From the NCBI RefSeq assembly GCF_964283195.1, contig NZ_CAXYLH010000016.1: DNA of 24,000 bases. One strand, written 5' to 3'. Below the pieces are notes generated by a model that saw only the letters and a program-made list of their open reading frames with translations, had not been told where the DNA came from and did not search any database. The position numbers were made by a program, and so were the translations under genes. Positions 20,774 through 24,000 of this stretch are shown piece by piece. Position 1 is the stretch's first letter; every line of letters begins with the position of its first letter. The stretch is from Olsenella uli DSM 7084. Its GTDB lineage: Bacteria; Actinomycetota; Coriobacteriia; Coriobacteriales; Atopobiaceae.

Positions 20774-22362
20774 ATCGTCGCGGGCGGCTTGGACGTGATG
20801 TCATAGCACACGCGGTTTGCACCGGGGACCTCGGCGACAATGCGGCCGGAGATGCGGGCGAGCACGTCGTAGGGGATCTTTGCCCAGTCGGCGGTCATGG
20901 CGTCGGAGCTCTCGACCGCGCGTAGGATGATCGGGCGCTGGTAGGTGCGCTCGTCGCCCATAACTCCCACGGACTTGATGTCGGGCAGCACGGCGAAGTA
21001 CTGCCAGCACGAGTGCTCGGAGTTCCTCTCGCCGGTCTTCTCGAAGAGGCGCTGGTTGTAGGCGTCGAGCTCCTCGCGCACGATGGCGTCGGCGTTCTTC
21101 AGGATCTCGAGCTTCTCTTTGTCCACCGCGCCGATGATGCGGATGGCCAGGCCCGGGCCCGGGAACGGCTGGCGGTACACGATGTGCGCGGGCAGGCCGA
21201 GCGCGAGGCCGAGCTCGCGGACCTCGTCCTTAAAAAAGTGGTCGAGCGGCTCGATGAGGTCGAAGCTCACGCCCTCGGGGAACGGGATCAGGTTGTGGTG
21301 GCTCTTGATGGTGCTCGCCTTGCCGCCCGTCTTGCGCGCGCCGGACTCGATGATGTCGGGGTAGATGGTGCCCTGGGCGAGGTACTTGACGGGCTTGCCG
21401 TCGGTCTCGAGCTGCTGGGCGACCGCGAAGAACTCCTTCCAGAACTGCGTGCCGATGATGCGGCGCTTCTGCTCCGGCTCGGTCACGCCGGCCAGGAGCT
21501 CAGCGTAGCGGTCCTCGGCGTGGACGTGGATGAAGTCGACGTCGAACTGCTTGGTGAAGACCTCCTCGACCTGCTCGGGCTCGTTTTTGCGCAGCAGGCC
21601 GTGGTTGATGAAGACGCAGGTCATCTGCTTGCCGATGGCGCGGGCGCCGAGCGCGGCCACGACGGAGGAGTCGACGCCGCCGGAAAGCGCGAGGATCACG
21701 CGGTTGTCGCCGACCTTCTCGCGGAACTGCTGGGTCATGGTCTCGACGAGGTTGTCCATGGACCAGTTCTTCTCGAGCTTGCAGATATCAAAGAGGAAGT
21801 TCGAGAGGATCTGCTGGCCATACTCGGTGTGCTTGACCTCGGGATGGAACTGGGTGGTGTAGATCTTGCGCTCGGGGTTCTCCATCGCGGCGACGGGGCA
21901 GACCTTGGTGCGCGCGGTCACCTTGAAGCCCTCGGGCACGTCGCAGACGGCGTCGAAGTGGCTCATCCACACGGTCTGCTTCATCGGCGTGTTGTTGAAC
22001 AGCGCGCTGCCGGCCTCGCGCTCGAGCTCGGCGTGGCCGTACTCGCCGACCTCGGGATGGAAGACCTTGCCGCCCAGCGTGACAGCCGTGATCTGGTGGC
22101 CGTAGCAGAAGCCGAGCACGGGGACGCCCAGCTCGTAGATGCCGGGGTCGACGCGCGGGGCCTCGGGGTCGTTGACGGAGGCGGGGCCGCCCGAGAGGAT
22201 GAGCGCCGCCGGCTTCATGGCCGCGAGCTCGTCGGCGGGAATGTCGCACGGGACGATCTCCGAGTAGACGTTGAGGTCGCGCACGCGGCGCGCGATCAGC
22301 TGCCCGTACTGGGCGCCAAAGTCGAGAACGGCGACGAACTGCTTGGGCTGTGCCTCGGTCAT
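20761..22362 (-). CDS. guaA: GMP synthase (glutamine-hydrolysing)
   Basis: 533 aa. It has the N-terminal GATase-1 domain (LDFGAQYGQLIARRVR..., GFCYGHQ), the ATP-PPase motif LALSGGVDSSV, and the C-terminal dimerisation domain ending ...KPPATIEWE. ATG with a GGAGG RBS. Confidence 0.97.
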   Translation of the reverse strand: MTEAQPKQFVAVLDFGAQYGQLIARRVRDLNVYSEIVPCDIPADELAAMKPAALILSGGPASVNDPEAPRVDPGIYELGVPVLGFCYGHQITAVTLGGKVFHPEVGEYGHAELEREAGSALFNNTPMKQTVWMSHFDAVCDVPEGFKVTARTKVCPVAAMENPERKIYTTQFHPEVKHTEYGQQILSNFLFDICKLEKNWSMDNLVETMTQQFREKVGDNRVILALSGGVDSSVVAALGARAIGKQMTCVFINHGLLRKNEPEQVEEVFTKQFDVDFIHVHAEDRYAELLAGVTEPEQKRRIIGTQFWKEFFAVAQQLETDGKPVKYLAQGTIYPDIIESGARKTGGKASTIKSHHNLIPFPEGVSFDLIEPLDHFFKDEVRELGLALGLPAHIVYRQPFPGPGLAIRIIGAVDKEKLEILKNADAIVREELDAYNQRLFEKTGERNSEHSCWQYFAVLPDIKSVGVMGDERTYQRPIILRAVESSDAMTADWAKIPYDVLARISGRIVAEVPGANRVCYDITSKPPATIEWE

Positions 22363-22430
22363 GGTTCCTCCGGTCTTCTCCGCAGGGGCGGGTGGACGTG
22401 ATCTACATGTAAGCGTTAAGCATTCACAGC

Positions 22431-22518
22431 ATAATACGTTAAGGGACGTTGGACATTTTTGGTCGATAGCTGCTTTTTTCGTCTCCTACACGCAGCGAAC
22501 ACGCCCCTTACGTATTAT
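22431..22518. promoter_or_regulatory. 18-bp inverted repeat in the guaA/LCP divergent intergenic region, each arm carrying a TATTAT -10-like box
   Basis: ATAATACGTTAAGGGACGT (22431-22449) versus ACGCCCCTTACGTATTAT (22501-22518): 17 of 18 positions complementary, with one extra base. Confidence 0.45.
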
Positions 22519-22579
22519 TTAGCGCGTCTGTAACTCCGCGGTGGCAGCTGGCACCGCTCATTCCACGAAAGGATCTGTC

Positions 22580-24000
22580 TTGGCTGACCACAGATCCCAG
22601 GGGTTCCAATCCGGTGCCCAGAGCCGTCACGCCTACGAAGAGAAGGTCTCGCGCGGCGCGGGGCACGGCGCGGGCCGCGGCAAAGCCGAGCCCGGCTCCT
22701 CTTACGTCCCTTCCCGCTCCGCCGGGGCCGAGGCCTACACGCGCAAACGCAAGAACCGCAAAAGGAAGATCGTCGTCCGCGGCGTGCTCATCAGCCTGCT
22801 GTGCGTGCTGCTCGCCGGCGGCGGCGCGCTCGCCATGTACATCGGCGGGATCAACAACCAGCTCACGAGCGGCCTGGACAAGAACACCAAGGAGCTCCTG
22901 GCCGACAGCGTCCAGTACGACGACCCGTTCTACATGCTGCTGCTCGGCGTCGACAAGTCGCAGGAGCGCATGGAGTCCTCCGAGTACGGCGCCGACGAGT
23001 CCAACTACCGCGCCGACTCCATCATCCTCGCACGCATCGACCCCAAGGGCCAGCAGGTCACGCTCGTGTCTCTCCACCGCGACACGATGACCGACATGTC
23101 CGACATGGGCGCGGGCACCCAGAAGCTCAACGCGGCCTACTCGCTCGGCGGCCCATCCTACATGATCAAGTGCGTCGAGAAGCTCTGCGGCGTCGACATC
23201 TCGCACTACGCCGAGGTCGACTTCGAGCAGTTCGCGGGCATCGTGGACACCATCGGCGGCATCACCGTCGATTTGCCGATCGACATCAAGGACGACTACT
23301 CCGGCGCCGACCTGACCGCCGGCGAGCACACCCTGAACGGCGACGAGGCGCTCGCCCTCGCGCGCAGCCGCCACGCCTACGACGACTACGGCGACGGCGA
23401 CGTCTTCCGCGCGGCCAACCAGCGCATGGTCATCGCCGCCATCGTAAAGAAGGTCCTCACGCTGGACATCGCCACCATGACCAACGCGGTCTCGCAGCTC
23501 GCGGGCGGCGTGACCACTGACGTCAACATATCTGACATCCTCGGCCTCGCGGTGCAGTTCAAGGACCTCGACGTCGAGCACAACGTGTATTCCGGTATGG
23601 AGCCCACGAGCGGCTACTACACCAACAACACCTGGTACGAGAAGATCGACGAGGCCGCCTGGCAAAAGATGATGGACCGCGTGAAGGAGGGCAAGCCACC
23701 CCTGGACAGCGAGTCCGAGGACCAGACCTCGGGCCTCATCGGCACGATGGCGGGCGCCGACGCGCTGACCTCGTCGGGCGACGGCTCCGGCACGGGGACG
23801 GCGGACACCGTCTCCGCGGGCAACGGCTCCGGCGACGGCAACGGCAGCCTCGGCGTCGAGCCCGCGTACACCGGCTCCGTCGACGTGGTCAACTCCAGCG
23901 GCGTCAGCGGCGCCGCGTCGCGCGCGAGCGAGAAGCTCGGCAGCGCCGGTTTCTCGTGCAACGAGTCCGTTTACAGCAGCAACGAGACCGTGACGAAGGT
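22580..24000 (+). CDS. LytR-CpsA-Psr (LCP) family cell-envelope phosphotransferase, 3'-partial (runs off the window)
   Basis: This frame is absent from the ORF track because it has no stop in the window. The TTG at 22580 follows GAAAGGA (GTG 22541 is an alternative start). There is a basic N-terminus and a TM helix (VVRGVLISLLCVLLAGGGALAMYI). The LCP core is FYMLLLGVDKS...RADSIILARIDPKGQQVTLVSLHRDT...KLNAAYSLGGP...VDFEQFAGIVDTIGGITVDLP...LNGDEALALARSRH...GDGDVFRAANQR. The long minus-strand ORF 22508-23665 is its antisense shadow. Confidence 0.85.
   Translation, partial: MADHRSQGFQSGAQSRHAYEEKVSRGAGHGAGRGKAEPGSSYVPSRSAGAEAYTRKRKNRKRKIVVRGVLISLLCVLLAGGGALAMYIGGINNQLTSGLDKNTKELLADSVQYDDPFYMLLLGVDKSQERMESSEYGADESNYRADSIILARIDPKGQQVTLVSLHRDTMTDMSDMGAGTQKLNAAYSLGGPSYMIKCVEKLCGVDISHYAEVDFEQFAGIVDTIGGITVDLPIDIKDDYSGADLTAGEHTLNGDEALALARSRHAYDDYGDGDVFRAANQRMVIAAIVKKVLTLDIATMTNAVSQLAGGVTTDVNISDILGLAVQFKDLDVEHNVYSGMEPTSGYYTNNTWYEKIDEAAWQKMMDRVKEGKPPLDSESEDQTSGLIGTMAGADALTSSGDGSGTGTADTVSAGNGSGDGNGSLGVEPAYTGSVDVVNSSGVSGAASRASEKLGSAGFSCNESVYSSNETVTK

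Noticed and set aside
22363-22520. A purine or other riboswitch upstream of guaA
   Set aside because: Only a superficial AAAAUGUCC resemblance to the guanine riboswitch P3/J3-1 region was found. No P1/P2/P3 three-way junction could be drawn, and no ZTP, PRPP or ykkC-like consensus was seen.
21013-23665. A 462-aa plus-strand ORF opposite guaA, a 385-aa minus-strand ORF and two off-frame plus ORFs (22614-23090, 22801-23520) over the LCP gene
   Set aside because: They are shadow or off-frame ORFs with Arg/Ala/Pro-rich nonsense translations. The real genes are guaA (minus) and the third plus frame from 22580, which the track omits because it has no stop in the window.

Overview
High-GC DNA of Gram-positive type, probably from a Coriobacteriia-like actinobacterium; this is inferred from codon usage and from the LPXTG/sortase substrates and the LCP gene. 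Only the right end looks like core genome: guaA (minus strand, 20761-22362) and a divergent LCP-family gene (22580 to the window end, partial). Everything downstream of guaA (about 400-20773) reads as accessory DNA arranged as three tandem islands. Each island boundary carries a copy of the last codons of guaA (E-W-E-stop). On one side of that copy is a conserved ~165-bp segment with a terminator. On the other side is a conserved ~280-350-bp noncoding arm rich in GGGACAAAA sites. The array ends at 401-415 with a fourth guaA-end copy, followed by what looks like the original guaA terminator (288-355). No integrase, relaxase or intact transposase is visible in any island. Island 3 (416-11146) carries an AAA+/DUF4143 ATPase, a relic of a PglX-type methyltransferase, and a TIGR04076 gene. 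It also carries a 1221-aa LPXTG adhesin built of MBG repeats, a LytTR-PAS regulator, and two SUKH (SMI1/KNR4) immunity-type genes. Island 2 (11147-16020) carries a lower-GC beta-helix LPXTG protein split by a C7 tract, yjdF/DUF2992 with a riboswitch-like leader, and a DUF3800 gene with its own promoter-leader-terminator. Island 1 (16021-20773) carries gene relics plus a GC-rich mef / msr(D)-like macrolide resistance pair with a candidate leader-peptide attenuator. All homology statements come from reading the translations by eye; no database search was run.
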